Below are positions 27,261 to 37,232 of a stretch of DNA of 64,000 nucleotides, one piece after another; within the stretch, counting starts at the first letter, position 1; each line of letters opens with the position of its first letter. Source of the stretch: Planctomycetota bacterium (GTDB lineage Bacteria > Planctomycetota > PLA2 > JAEUHO01). Both the position numbers and the translations under genes were made by a program. The stretch covers positions 1 through 64,000 of the forward strand of contig JBFWRP010000004.1 in NCBI GenBank assembly GCA_050248855.1. The letters are read 5' to 3'. Under the pieces are notes generated by a model. It did no database searches, was not told the origin of the DNA, and saw only the letters and a list, made by a program, of their open reading frames with translations.

Positions 27261-29246
27261 TCAAGACGAGTGGATCGGTCGGTAGACGCGTCCACTCCAC
27301 GCAACGCGGCGCACGGCGACCACGACGTCCTCCACGGTCCCGCTGGCATCCACGGTCGCATCGACCACGTCGGCCAGTCGCGCCTCGCGGGGCTGTTCGC
27401 GCCACCGTGCGTCCTCCTCGGCAGAGGCCCGGCCTGGAGCCAGCGGGCGATACGTGGCCTCGTCGTGGCGCAGGCGATCGAGCCGCAGCTCGCGGGGCGC
27501 GACCAAGGCCACGACGAACGCCTCCCGGCGCAAGTGCTCGACCGCACCCGGAGCGATCACCGTTCCACCCCCCGTGGCCACGACCGCGCCGCGACGCGCC
27601 ACGGCACGGACGAGGAGCTCGGCTTCGACCTGCCGGAACGCCTCGTCGCCGAGCGCATCGAGCACGGCGCCGACGCGTTGGCCCGCCATGCGCTCGATCT
27701 CGCCGTCCAGGTCCAGGAACGGTCGCCCGAGCTGCCGCGCGAGGGCACGGCCCACGGTGGTCTTGCCGGCACCGCGATGTCCGACGAGGACGAGCGGCGG
27801 CGGCGGGTCCAGCGCCAGCCCGAGCGCCAGACGACGCTCGGCGAGGACCTGTGCCTCTGGTGCGCGCGTCTCGCCCAGGAACAACCCCGCCTGCAGCACG
27901 GCCTGCTCGAGCAGCAGCTGCCGCCCGTCGACGACGAGCAGGGCCCCGTCGGCCTCGGCCGCGCGCCCGACCGCGGTTCGTCCGCCGGGTTGCGCGTACG
28001 GTCCGTCCACCACGACGCGGCCGGCGAGGTCCCCCACCGCAAGTCCCTGCGGTCGCTCCACGGCCGCCGCGGTCGCGTTCACGTAGACGCGCTCGTCGTC
28101 GCGCGGTGCGACCGTACAGGACAGCTCGACGTCGCCGTAGCGCGCGGCGAGGGCGCGGCCCCGCGCCGCATCGCGCGCCACGAGGCGCGCGCGGTAGCCG
28201 TGCCCCGTCAGGGCGGCCAGCGCCGCAGCCGCGTACCCGCCCGACCCATGCACGATCGCCGCGTCCGCGCCGGGCCGGGGCGCGGGCAAGCACGTCGCGA
28301 TCGCGCCGACGTCGGTGTTGTACGCGGCCCAGCCACGCGACGTCCGCAGCAGCGTGTTGGCGGCGCGCACGTGCTGCACGATCGCGTCCGGCTCGTCCGC
28401 GCGGTCGGCCGCCGCGCCCTTGAGGGGCGCCGTGATGCTGAAACCGTCCAGGCCCAGCTGCAGGGCCTCGTCCAGGCCCGTGTCCGGCAGGGCCACGTAG
28501 AAGGCGTCCACGCCCGCCTGGCGGAAAGCGGCATCGTGCAGGGCCGGCGACGGCGAGCGCGACGGGGGGGTCCCCAGGAGCGCGAAGCGCCGCGCCGCGG
28601 GCGAGACCTCCCCCACGCGTCCCTCCGTCAGCATGTCCGCCAGTCGGGGCTGGCCCACGACGACGCCCGCTGCGCCAGCGGCCCCGAACAACCAGCCCAC
28701 CGCGACGAGGCCTTCCCGCAACGGGCCCAGGGGCCCGTAGGGCACCGGCGTCGCACGCGCCGCGGCGGCCTCGGCCACGAGCGCCTCCAGCTCCGACGCA
28801 CGCGCGCAGCATCGAGCCACCTTGCGCGCGTCGGCGCGTCCCGTGCCGAGCCGTCGTCCGTCATGCGCCGAGGCCAGGACGAACACGCCTGGCGGTCGAC
28901 CGTCCAGCAACGGCAGCACCTCCGCTTCCGCGTCGAGCCACGTGGCGCCCGCGCGTGCGGCCTCCAGCAGACGGGCAGCGGCTTGTCCGGGCGTTCCCCC
29001 GAAGCGCCCGCCCTGCGCGCGCGAGCGGATCGTGGCCAGCACGGGCCGGCCGGCGAGCGCGATCCACGGCTCGAGATCCGCGTGCGAGTCGGCGAGGCCC
29101 AGCAGGTCCAAGCGCAGCTCGAGGACGTCGGCCTCCGGCGCCAGGCCGCTTAGGTCGCCAGGCACGCGCACGGCGGGCGGGGCGGCCACGGCGACGTGCA
29201 GCCGCACGGCGTGCCCGCCGCCCAGCACGTCGCGCGGCGTCCTCAT
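27261..29246 (-). CDS. aroDEK: Trifunctional type I 3-dehydroquinate dehydratase / shikimate dehydrogenase / shikimate kinase (AroD-AroE-AroK fusion)
   Basis: DHQase-like LELRLDLL, LATIRSRAQGGRF, WLDAE, SAHD. SDH LLGTPPSRSPSPALHD, SITAPLK, AANTL, NTD, GSGG. SK GHRGAGKTTVG, DLD, VATGGG. Confidence 0.85.
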   Translation of the reverse strand: MRTPRDVLGGGHAVRLHVAVAAPPAVRVPGDLSGLAPEADVLELRLDLLGLADSHADLEPWIALAGRPVLATIRSRAQGGRFGGTPGQAAARLLEAARAGATWLDAEAEVLPLLDGRPPGVFVLASAHDGRRLGTGRADARKVARCCARASELEALVAEAAAARATPVPYGPLGPLREGLVAVGWLFGAAGAAGVVVGQPRLADMLTEGRVGEVSPAARRFALLGTPPSRSPSPALHDAAFRQAGVDAFYVALPDTGLDEALQLGLDGFSITAPLKGAAADRADEPDAIVQHVRAANTLLRTSRGWAAYNTDVGAIATCLPAPRPGADAAIVHGSGGYAAAALAALTGHGYRARLVARDAARGRALAARYGDVELSCTVAPRDDERVYVNATAAAVERPQGLAVGDLAGRVVVDGPYAQPGGRTAVGRAAEADGALLVVDGRQLLLEQAVLQAGLFLGETRAPEAQVLAERRLALGLALDPPPPLVLVGHRGAGKTTVGRALARQLGRPFLDLDGEIERMAGQRVGAVLDALGDEAFRQVEAELLVRAVARRGAVVATGGGTVIAPGAVEHLRREAFVVALVAPRELRLDRLRHDEATYRPLAPGRASAEEDARWREQPREARLADVVDATVDASGTVEDVVVAVRRVAWSGRVYRPIHSS

Positions 29247-30106
29247 CCCCGCACCAGCAGCACGCGAGCCGGCAACCTCGCCAGCGCCTCGAGCACGGCC
29301 TGCTCCTCACCGACATCGGGCACGTCGTAGAGCGTCGACCCACTCCCCGACAAGCAGGGCGGACGCCCGAGCCGTACCTCCATCTCGCGCGCGAGATCCT
29401 TGAGGCGTGGCTCGACGCGCATGGCCGCGAACGCGAGGTCGTTGCCGTGCGCCTCGCGCCAGGCAGCGGGCGAGCCGGAGGCCAACGCCGCGATCGCCGC
29501 GGGAACGGCCGAAGCGGGGACGTCGCGCACGCGCTCCGCGCACCGCGCATAGACGGCCGCCGTGGAGCAGCCAAACGGCGGCATCACCAGCACGACCGCC
29601 GGCACGCGGGTCGCGGGCAAGGGATCCACCCGTTCGCCTCGGCCGCGCACGACGGCGGCACCACCGCGCAGGAGGTACGGGATGTCGCTGCCCAGGCCCG
29701 CGGCGATCTCGCCCTGCACGGCGGGCGGGACCTGGAGGGCATCGCCGAGCAACGCGATCACCGCCGCCGCATCGCTGCTGCCCCCGCCGAGGCCGGCTCC
29801 CGCAGGGACGCGCTTCCGAAGGTCGATGCCGATGTCGAGGGGCGGTCCCCCGGGGCGGTGGTCCACGAGCGCCTGGGCAGCACGCAGCGCCAGGTTGCCT
29901 TCGTCCCGAGGCACGCCCGCCGCGTCGCCCCGCACACGCAGGTGGAGCGAGGTGCGGGACGCAGGCACGACACGCACGTCCACGTCGTCGCCCCACGGCA
30001 GCGTCACCACGACGGACTCGATCTCGTGGTATCCGTCGGCGCGGCGCCCCAGCACCCGCAGCACGAGGTTCAGCTTGGCCGGCGCAAGCCGCGGCTTGCC
30101 GGTCAC
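29243..30106 (-). CDS. ispE: 4-diphosphocytidyl-2-C-methyl-D-erythritol kinase
   Basis: APAKLNLVLRVLGRRADGYHEIES, KRVPAGAGLGGGSSDAAA, LGSDIP, GRGE, LSGSGST. Confidence 0.95.
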   Translation of the reverse strand: MTGKPRLAPAKLNLVLRVLGRRADGYHEIESVVVTLPWGDDVDVRVVPASRTSLHLRVRGDAAGVPRDEGNLALRAAQALVDHRPGGPPLDIGIDLRKRVPAGAGLGGGSSDAAAVIALLGDALQVPPAVQGEIAAGLGSDIPYLLRGGAAVVRGRGERVDPLPATRVPAVVLVMPPFGCSTAAVYARCAERVRDVPASAVPAAIAALASGSPAAWREAHGNDLAFAAMRVEPRLKDLAREMEVRLGRPPCLSGSGSTLYDVPDVGEEQAVLEALARLPARVLLVRG

Positions 30107-30480
30107 GTCGCGCGCTGCGCCACGGACCCGGGCCGGGCGGGGCGGTTCGCTTCGTCCACGAAGACGACGCGCGGCTTGTGCTGGCGCGCTTCCTGCTCTT
30201 CCATCCAGCCGAACGTGCAGATGAGCACGCGGTCTCCGACGTGACAGCTGCGCGCCGTCCCGCCGTTCATGCCGATGACCCCCGAGCCCGCGCGGCCTTC
30301 CAGCGCGTAGCTCTCCAGGCGCGCGCCGCTCTCCAAGTTGATGACGAGCACCTTCTCGGACGGCAGGATGCCGGCTGCATGGAGCAGGTCGGCGTCGATC
30401 GTGACGCTACCGATGTAGTTGAGGTCGGTCTGCGTGACGCGGACGCGGTGGAGCTTTCCGAGGAGCATCTGGCGGAGCAT
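30103..30480 (-). CDS. panD: Aspartate 1-decarboxylase
   Basis: MLRQMLLGKLHRVRVTQTDLNYIG-SVTID (Gly-Ser autocleavage site), GARLESYA, NGGTAR. Confidence 0.95.
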   Translation of the reverse strand: MLRQMLLGKLHRVRVTQTDLNYIGSVTIDADLLHAAGILPSEKVLVINLESGARLESYALEGRAGSGVIGMNGGTARSCHVGDRVLICTFGWMEEQEARQHKPRVVFVDEANRPARPGSVAQRAT

Positions 30481-30537
30481 CCCGGCCATGGTACGAGCGG
30501 CGGGGCAGGCGACGAACGCGTGCGCAGTGGGCACGGG

Positions 30538-33132
30538 TCAGCGGTCGGTCGTCTCCTGACGGAGCCAGTCCCGCCACGCGCGAATCGCCTCGGCGCGCTC
30601 GAGGGCGGGTCCCTCGGCGTCGAAGCCCAGCCGCGTGGCCGCCTGCTCGAAGAGCATGTCGCCGGCGACGCGGCGCACGGACGCCTCGGCGTCGGCGAGG
30701 GCATCGACGAGCGCCGCGCGCGAACCTGCGTCCTCGCGTCCTCGGAGCGCCAGGGCGGCGGCAGCGCGGACGGACGCATCGGCATCCGCGGCCCGGCCAC
30801 GCAGCCGATCGGCCAGCGCCCGACGTGCAAAGGCCTCGTCGACGTGGCCCAGGAGACGTGCCGCCGCCGCACGGACCGCGTCGTCGGGATCGGCCTCCAG
30901 CAGGGCGACGACGCGCCGCCCGAGAACGGGGTCGGCCGCCACGTGGGCGCGCAGTCGAGGCCGCAGGTAGAGGCGCAAGACGGTCAGCCGGAGGTCCGCG
31001 GACGCATCCAGCAGCAGACCGCGCAGCTGCGCCTCCGCTTCCGGGGTTCCCAGGTCCGCCAGCTGGAAGGCGGCACGCCGCCGCGTCTCCGGGTCGTTGC
31101 TGCGCTCGAAGCCCGTGAGGTCGTCCCCCGACGCCGCGTCCTGGATCAGGCGCAGCTCCACGTGCTGTCGTGCGCCGTCGAGCACGCGCACGTCGGCCTC
31201 GCCCCGCGCATGCCGACGCGCCACGCGTAGCACCTCGAGCGCCTCCGCGCCGCGCTCCTGTCGCGCCAACGCCCCGGCCAGCGCCACGGCAATGCGCGCG
31301 TCGTCGGGCGTGCGGTCGAACGCGCGCATCAGGTCCGCCAGCGCGGCACCCGGGTCGACGCCACGCGCCGTCCCGCGGTACAGCAGCGGGCGCGCATCGA
31401 GCGGGTCGATGGCCGCCGCGGCATCGAGCGCACGCAGCGCTTCGTCGCGGCGCCCGGCAGCTTCGAAGGCGGCGTGGCGCACCAGCTCCACGGAGGCGCT
31501 GGGCCCCTCGCACGCCTCGACGTCCGCCAACGCGGCCAAGGCGGCCTGGGGGTCGCCACGCACGGCGGCAGCCTGCGCGGTCAGGAACGCTTCGAAGCCC
31601 AGGCGCGGCGGCACCTCGAGCGCCCCGCGCGCGGCCGCCTCGGCTTCCAGCCAGCCCTCGCGCGTCGGCGCGGCAAGGGCTTCGTCGTAGCGCGCCAGCG
31701 CGCGTGCGAGCGCCTCCACGGGGGAGGGGCCGGCCTCGGCCAGCAGGCTCGCGGCGCCAGCCCAGTCGGCAGCCTCGGCCCGCGCGCGCGCGGCCTCCAG
31801 CCGTGCGCCCAGGGCGGCGCCCGGGCGCGCGCGCCACGCCTCGAAGGCGGCTGCCCTGGCGCGCGGGAGCACGGCAACGAAGCGCGCCTTGGCCAACGCA
31901 TCCGGCGGCAGCACATCGGGGCGCGTGAGGTCGGGCTCGTCCACCCACCACGTTCCGCTTGCGGGATCACGACCGAGGACCAGCACGCAGCGCTCGCGGT
32001 ATGACGCGCCGACGCGGTCCACACGCCACGCCAGGAACGGAATGCCACGATCGACGAGGGTGCGCGGGAGCTCGGCATCGTCGGCGCCGTGCAGCACGAC
32101 GAGATCGTGCGAGGCGAGCCACGCCGATCCCCACGCCGCCCGCGAGGCCGGGGCGCCATCGCGCTCGGCCGCGCGCAGCACGCCATCGGCCGTCGCGGCG
32201 ATGCCATGGCGGCGCGCCAGCCGGGCGAGCAGCAGCGCGTCGTGGCGCGCGCCGACGGCGTGCGGCAGGGGCTCGCGGGAGACCCAGGCCGCTGGCGGCG
32301 GACCGCGCTGGCGAAGCGCCTCCAGGACCGGCCCGAGCGCCGGCGCGTCGGCATGCGCGACGGGTAGCGCGGGCGTCACCGTGCCGGACGGCGCGAGCAG
32401 CACGCGCTCCAGGTCCAGTCCCGCATCGCCGCGCGGCAGGCGGGCGAGCCACGCGTACGCGCCTTCCCGGCGGCCCGCGCGGCGCCACGCCCGGACGGCC
32501 TGGAGCCCGATCGAGGCCATCCGCTCGGGCGCGACGGCCAGGGCGCCCTCGACGAGGCCGTCGAACGCGGCCACGCGACCTCGCGCCGACGCGCGCTGCA
32601 GCGCGCGCTCGGCGGCGCTCGCCAGCATGGCGCGCTCGGTCGGGGGCAAGGCTGCCGACAACAGGGCCAGGGCGAAGCGGTCCGCGGCCGTCCGCACCTC
32701 GACGGGTCCGAGCAGCCGACCGATGGCTCCGCTGTCGTCCCCGCGACGCGCCAGCACCAGCGCGCCGAACCACGCGACGTCCACGTCCCGCGTGTTGGCC
32801 TCCTGGCAACGCACGGCGGCGCACGCACCCCGCAAGTCCAGGTCATGGAGCGCCGCCACACCTCGCGCCACGGGGCTGCCCGCCGCGGGATCGGCGAGCG
32901 CCTGGCGCACCTGCTCGTCGGCGCCGGCGAACGCGAGGCGCGCGAGGATGCGACGAGGCGACGTGGCAGGCTCGCCGGCTGCGGCGAGCACCTGGTCCAG
33001 GGCGCGGGCGTCCCGATCGGCCAGGAAGCGCTGCTCGGCAGCGGCCTCCGGCCCGGCTCCGGCGGGCCCCGGTGAGGCCAGGATCGCGCCGAGGACGAGG
33101 GCGCTGACGAGGACGAGCCGGGGCAGGGTCAC
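30538..33132 (-). CDS. Exported TPR + HEAT-repeat protein with a central degenerate peptidase C39-like segment
   Basis: GTGA-coupled to folK-panC. Signal peptide; TPR-like ALRALDAAAAIDPLDARPLLYRG; HEAT DPETRRRAAFQLA, DAVRAAAARLLG, DASVRAAAALAL. Confidence 0.7.
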   Translation of the reverse strand: MTLPRLVLVSALVLGAILASPGPAGAGPEAAAEQRFLADRDARALDQVLAAAGEPATSPRRILARLAFAGADEQVRQALADPAAGSPVARGVAALHDLDLRGACAAVRCQEANTRDVDVAWFGALVLARRGDDSGAIGRLLGPVEVRTAADRFALALLSAALPPTERAMLASAAERALQRASARGRVAAFDGLVEGALAVAPERMASIGLQAVRAWRRAGRREGAYAWLARLPRGDAGLDLERVLLAPSGTVTPALPVAHADAPALGPVLEALRQRGPPPAAWVSREPLPHAVGARHDALLLARLARRHGIAATADGVLRAAERDGAPASRAAWGSAWLASHDLVVLHGADDAELPRTLVDRGIPFLAWRVDRVGASYRERCVLVLGRDPASGTWWVDEPDLTRPDVLPPDALAKARFVAVLPRARAAAFEAWRARPGAALGARLEAARARAEAADWAGAASLLAEAGPSPVEALARALARYDEALAAPTREGWLEAEAAARGALEVPPRLGFEAFLTAQAAAVRGDPQAALAALADVEACEGPSASVELVRHAAFEAAGRRDEALRALDAAAAIDPLDARPLLYRGTARGVDPGAALADLMRAFDRTPDDARIAVALAGALARQERGAEALEVLRVARRHARGEADVRVLDGARQHVELRLIQDAASGDDLTGFERSNDPETRRRAAFQLADLGTPEAEAQLRGLLLDASADLRLTVLRLYLRPRLRAHVAADPVLGRRVVALLEADPDDAVRAAAARLLGHVDEAFARRALADRLRGRAADADASVRAAAALALRGREDAGSRAALVDALADAEASVRRVAGDMLFEQAATRLGFDAEGPALERAEAIRAWRDWLRQETTDR

Positions 33133-34547
33133 GTCGTGCCCCCGCGGGCGGGGACGTGCGTGCCATCCGCCACGAAGCGGTTGTCCAGCAGACGTACGCC
33201 GTCCACGCGCACGGCCGCCACGAGCAGGGCCGGTTCCGGGGAGGGCTCCACGGGCAGGAAGCGCGTGGGGTGGACGAGGTCGACGTAGTCGGGTGCCAAG
33301 CCGTCGTCGTGGAGCCGCCGCTCGAGGTCCTCGAGGGCCTCGTCGCGGCCGGTGCCCGCGGCCATGCGAGCAGCCGTCGCCTCCAGCGCCAGGGGGAAGC
33401 GTGCCGCGCGAGCGCGCGCGCTCGCGTCCAGGTAGCGATTGCGCGACGAAAGGGCCAAGCCGTCGGCGGCATGACGCGTGGGACACGCCACGAGGTGCCC
33501 AGGCAGGTCGAGGTCCTCCACCATGCGTCGCACGAGCGCCAGCTGCTGCGCGTCCTTCCACGCGAAGAACGCCTGCGCGGGTCGGCTGCGCATCCACAGC
33601 TTGAGCACGACGGTGAGCACGCCTCGGAAGTGGCCTGGCCGGACCGCGCCCTCGTGCAGGTCGGCCAGCGTCTCGGGCACGACGTAGGTTCCGAACCCGG
33701 GGCCGTACAGGTCGTCCGCCGCCGGTACGTACACGGCCGCGGCCCCGTGGTGGCACAGCAGCTCCACGTCGGCCTCGAACGTGCGCGGGTAGCGGTCCAG
33801 GTCCTCCCCCGCCCCGAACTGCAACGGGTTCACGAACAGCGTGGCCAGGACGTGGTCCGTGCATGCCGCAGCGCGCTGCACCAACGTCGCGTGCCCCTCG
33901 TGCAGGGCCCCCATCGTCGGCACCAAGCCCACGTCGCCGACGAGGCGCGATCGCCAGGCCTCGAGCTCCGCGTGCGTGCGCAACACCGCAAAGGGCCGCT
34001 CGCGCCGTGGAAACGGCAGCGGGTCCAGCACATGGTGGTCGGCGGCGCACGCCGGGTCTGCCGCCTGCAGACGCGCCCAGGCGGTCGCGATCGGGATCGT
34101 GCTCCCGTCGTCGGCGCACGCCGCGAACAGGGGAGCGATCTCGGCCCACGGCGCCAGCACGAACGCGCGGTGCAGCGCGCGCGGGTGGGGAAGCTCGAGC
34201 GCACCACGGCGCTTCTCGTCGTCGACGGCCAGCAGGTCGAGGTCCAGGGCGCGGGTGGCCCGGCCATCGCGGACCCGGCCGGCCCCGCGCTCCACGTCGT
34301 GCAGGAGCTGGAGCAGCTCCTCGGGCTCGAGACGCGTCGACAGCTCGGCGACGGCGTTCGTCACAGGGGCCACGCGCTCCGCGGCGCGGCCGGCGGCGTG
34401 TACGTAGGGCGTCCGGCGCGGGCGCGACATGGCCGCGACGCGCGTCCCGGGCAGCCGGTCCAGCGCTGCCAGGGCGTCCGCGAGGCGATCCAGGGGCTCC
34501 GCCTCGTTTGCGCCCAGGCCGACGAAGGCCCGGGCCCGCTTCCTCAC
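33129..34547 (-). CDS. folK-panC: Fusion: 2-amino-4-hydroxy-6-hydroxymethyldihydropteridine diphosphokinase + pantoate--beta-alanine ligase
   Basis: GTGA-coupled start at 34547. FolK AFVGLGAN, RALDLDLL, LPHPRALHRAFVLAP; continuous frame into PanC VPTMGALHEGH, FVNPLQF, RPGHFRGV, KDAQQ, GLALSSRN, RLLDN. Confidence 0.9.
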   Translation of the reverse strand: MRKRARAFVGLGANEAEPLDRLADALAALDRLPGTRVAAMSRPRRTPYVHAAGRAAERVAPVTNAVAELSTRLEPEELLQLLHDVERGAGRVRDGRATRALDLDLLAVDDEKRRGALELPHPRALHRAFVLAPWAEIAPLFAACADDGSTIPIATAWARLQAADPACAADHHVLDPLPFPRRERPFAVLRTHAELEAWRSRLVGDVGLVPTMGALHEGHATLVQRAAACTDHVLATLFVNPLQFGAGEDLDRYPRTFEADVELLCHHGAAAVYVPAADDLYGPGFGTYVVPETLADLHEGAVRPGHFRGVLTVVLKLWMRSRPAQAFFAWKDAQQLALVRRMVEDLDLPGHLVACPTRHAADGLALSSRNRYLDASARARAARFPLALEATAARMAAGTGRDEALEDLERRLHDDGLAPDYVDLVHPTRFLPVEPSPEPALLVAAVRVDGVRLLDNRFVADGTHVPARGGTT

Positions 34548-35443
34548 GGCGCGCTCCAGGCGCGCTCGTCCTCGCCCGGCTCCTCCCCGCCGTCCGGCCC
34601 GCGCATCTCCATCGTCGGGTCGGAGTCGGCCTCGAGGTGGTCGGTCTCGTCGCCTTCCCACTCGCGCCGCCCGCTCAGACGCAACACGAGACCCATCACG
34701 ACCCCCGACAGGGCGTAGGCCAGGAACCCGACGGCCACCGTTTCCTCGAAGAAGACGATGGCGCAGAACACGACGAGGACGAGCACGACGACGGTCGCCA
34801 GGGGGCGCCGTCCATCGAGGTAGCGGTTGAGGACGTGCGTGTACGGCAGGCGGCTGATCATGAGGAAGCCGAGCAGCGGCAGCACGCCCAGGAACGCGAA
34901 GGCGGCGACCCGCTCGCCCAGCTCCTGGTGCACCAGCACGAGGCTGGCGACGACCCCTGCGGCTGCGGGCGACGGCAAGCCCGTGAACGTGCGCGTGGCA
35001 TGCGAGCCTTCGGGACGACCCGCCTCGACGTTGTAGCGGGCCAGGCGCAGCGCGGCGCCCACGACGTAGACCACGCTGACCGCGAACAGCAGCCGGCCGG
35101 GAATGCCCGGGAAGGCCGCGTCGAGCACCGTCTTGCCCAGCAGGGCGGGGGCGACGCCGAACGTGACGATGTCCGCCAGGCTGTCGAGCTGGGCGCCGAA
35201 GGGCGACGCCGTGCGCGTGAGCCGCGCGATGCGTCCATCGGCCGCGTCGCAGAACATGCCGATGAAGAGCATCCACGCGGCCTTCGTGAACAGCGGGTCG
35301 CCCAGCGGGTCGGCGCGATCCAGCTGGGCGAGGTAGGCCAGCGCCAAGACGCCCGCGATGAGGTTTCCGGCCGTGACGAGCGTCGGCAGGACGTGGATCG
35401 TCGTCAGCGGGCGGCGCCGGGGCAGTGGGCGAAGCGGGGCCAT
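34544..35443 (-). CDS. pssA: CDP-diacylglycerol--serine O-phosphatidyltransferase
   Basis: LPTLVTAGN, DAADGRIARLT..SPFGAQLDSLADIVTFGVAP, ALRLARYN, FTGLPSPAAA. Confidence 0.92.
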   Translation of the reverse strand: MAPLRPLPRRRPLTTIHVLPTLVTAGNLIAGVLALAYLAQLDRADPLGDPLFTKAAWMLFIGMFCDAADGRIARLTRTASPFGAQLDSLADIVTFGVAPALLGKTVLDAAFPGIPGRLLFAVSVVYVVGAALRLARYNVEAGRPEGSHATRTFTGLPSPAAAGVVASLVLVHQELGERVAAFAFLGVLPLLGFLMISRLPYTHVLNRYLDGRRPLATVVVLVLVVFCAIVFFEETVAVGFLAYALSGVVMGLVLRLSGRREWEGDETDHLEADSDPTMEMRGPDGGEEPGEDERAWSAP

Positions 35444-35471
35444 GGACGTGATGCTACGTCCGCGGAGGGCG

Positions 35472-35825
35472 TCAGGGACGCTTGGCGCGCGCGGCCTCGG
35501 CCGCGGCGAGCTCCGCGTCGCGGGTCTCGAGGTAGCGCTGCCCGTTCCAGGCGAGGCGCTTGGCTTCGAGCATGCGCAAGTAGCCGAGCGTCCAGGCGTC
35601 GCGCGTCTCGCGGCGCCAACGGGCCAGGCGCTCCTCGACGGCTCGCGTCTCGCGCTGCAGACGGGCGTGGTCGTCGAGCAGGCGACGGTGTTCGGCGATG
35701 GCCGGCAGCGTGCAGAACAGGAGCACGAACAGGCCCAGGACCGCGAGCGTCGGCACGGCCCGGCCGAGCGGCAGGGACGGCGGCCGCGACGGCTGGAGCT
35801 CGGGCAGCGAGCGCTGGGCGCGCAC
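35472..35825 (-). CDS. FtsB/DivIC-like septum-formation-initiator protein (TM + coiled coil)
   Basis: Directly downstream of eno (conserved eno-ftsB order). One TM, then heptads LLDDHARLQRETRAVEERL and a D..GYLRMLEAKRL tail. Confidence 0.5.
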   Translation of the reverse strand: MRAQRSLPELQPSRPPSLPLGRAVPTLAVLGLFVLLFCTLPAIAEHRRLLDDHARLQRETRAVEERLARWRRETRDAWTLGYLRMLEAKRLAWNGQRYLETRDAELAAAEAARAKRP

Positions 35826-35831
35826 GCCGCG

Positions 35832-37124
35832 TCAGGCGCCTCGCGGGCGCAGGCCGTACGGCAGCGCCGACCCGCGCGCGGACGCGTCGGCCTCGATGCG
35901 CAGCAGGCGGTTGTACTTGGCGGTCCGCTCGCCGCGGCAGGGCGCGCCCGTCTTGATCTGGCCGGTGCCGAGCGCCACCGCGAGGTCCGCGATCGTGTCG
36001 TCCTCGGTCTCGCCGGAGCGATGGCTCATGACGGAGGCGTAGCCGGCACGGTGCGCGTCGCGCACGCAGGTCAGCGTGTCGGCCAGGGTCCCGATCTGGT
36101 TCGGCTTGACGAGCACGGCATTGGCCACGCCGGCCCCGATCCCGCGAGCGAGTCGGGCCGGGTCGGTCACGAAGAGGTCGTCGCCGACGAGCTGCATGCG
36201 AGCGCCCAGCGCGTCGGTCAACCGCCGCCAGCCCTCCCAGTCGTCCTCGCCGAGGCCGTCCTCGATGCTGTGGATCGGAAAGCGAGCCGCCCACCTTGCG
36301 TACCGTTCGATCAGGGCGTCGGCGGACACGACCTGCCCTTCGAAGCGGTACCCGCCCTCGACGACCAGCTCCGTGGCGGCGACGTCCAGGGCCAGGGCCA
36401 CCTGGCGGCCCGGCTCGTAGCCGGCCCGCTCGATGGCCTCCGCCACGCAGGCGAGCGCCTCGTCGTTGTCCTTGACGCGGGGTGCGAAGCCACCCTCGTC
36501 CCCCACCGCGATGCCGAGACCGCGTTCCACGAGCAGCTTCTTGAGGGCGTGGTACGTCTCGACGCCGGCCCTCAGGCCCTCGGCGAACGACGGGAAGCCG
36601 AGCGGCGCGATCATGAACTCCTGGACGTCGAGCCCGTTGTCGGCGTGGACGCCCCCGTTGAGCACGTTGAGCAGCGGTACGGGCAGCCGCGGAGCGCCCT
36701 CGCCGGCCAAGGCGCCTACGTGCTGCCAGAGCGGCACGCGGGAAGCCGCGGCCGCCGCGCGCGCCGCTGCCAACGAGATGCCCAGGACGGCGTTGGCTCC
36801 CAGCGTCCCCAGGTTGGGCGCGCCATCCGCCGCGCGCATCGCGGCGTCGACGGCAGGCGTGTCCCCGGCGTCGAGCCCCGTGACGGCAGCGGCCAGGGGG
36901 CCTTGCGCGTTGGCCACGGCCCGGCGCACGCCGCGCCCACCGTAGCGTGCGTCGCGGTCGCGCAGCTCCAGGGCCTCGTGGGCGCCGGTGCTCGCCCCGC
37001 TGGGGACGAGGGCTCGACCCTGGGCGCCCCCGACGAGGGTGACGACGACTTCCACGGTCGGGTTGCCGCGGCTGTCGAGCACCTCGAGGGCCTCGACGCT
37101 CGCGATGCGGCGGTCGGACGGCAT
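35832..37124 (-). CDS. eno: Enolase
   Basis: [88 protein letters not shown]. Confidence 0.97.
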   Translation of the reverse strand: MPSDRRIASVEALEVLDSRGNPTVEVVVTLVGGAQGRALVPSGASTGAHEALELRDRDARYGGRGVRRAVANAQGPLAAAVTGLDAGDTPAVDAAMRAADGAPNLGTLGANAVLGISLAAARAAAAASRVPLWQHVGALAGEGAPRLPVPLLNVLNGGVHADNGLDVQEFMIAPLGFPSFAEGLRAGVETYHALKKLLVERGLGIAVGDEGGFAPRVKDNDEALACVAEAIERAGYEPGRQVALALDVAATELVVEGGYRFEGQVVSADALIERYARWAARFPIHSIEDGLGEDDWEGWRRLTDALGARMQLVGDDLFVTDPARLARGIGAGVANAVLVKPNQIGTLADTLTCVRDAHRAGYASVMSHRSGETEDDTIADLAVALGTGQIKTGAPCRGERTAKYNRLLRIEADASARGSALPYGLRPRGA

Positions 37125-37232
37125 GACGGACGGCTCCCACGCTCCGCCCCCCGGGCGGCCGGTCGGAGTGTAGGAGCCGGGCCTCGCACGGGGGAGGACC
37201 GCCGCGCTGGTCCCCCATGCCAGAATCCCCCC

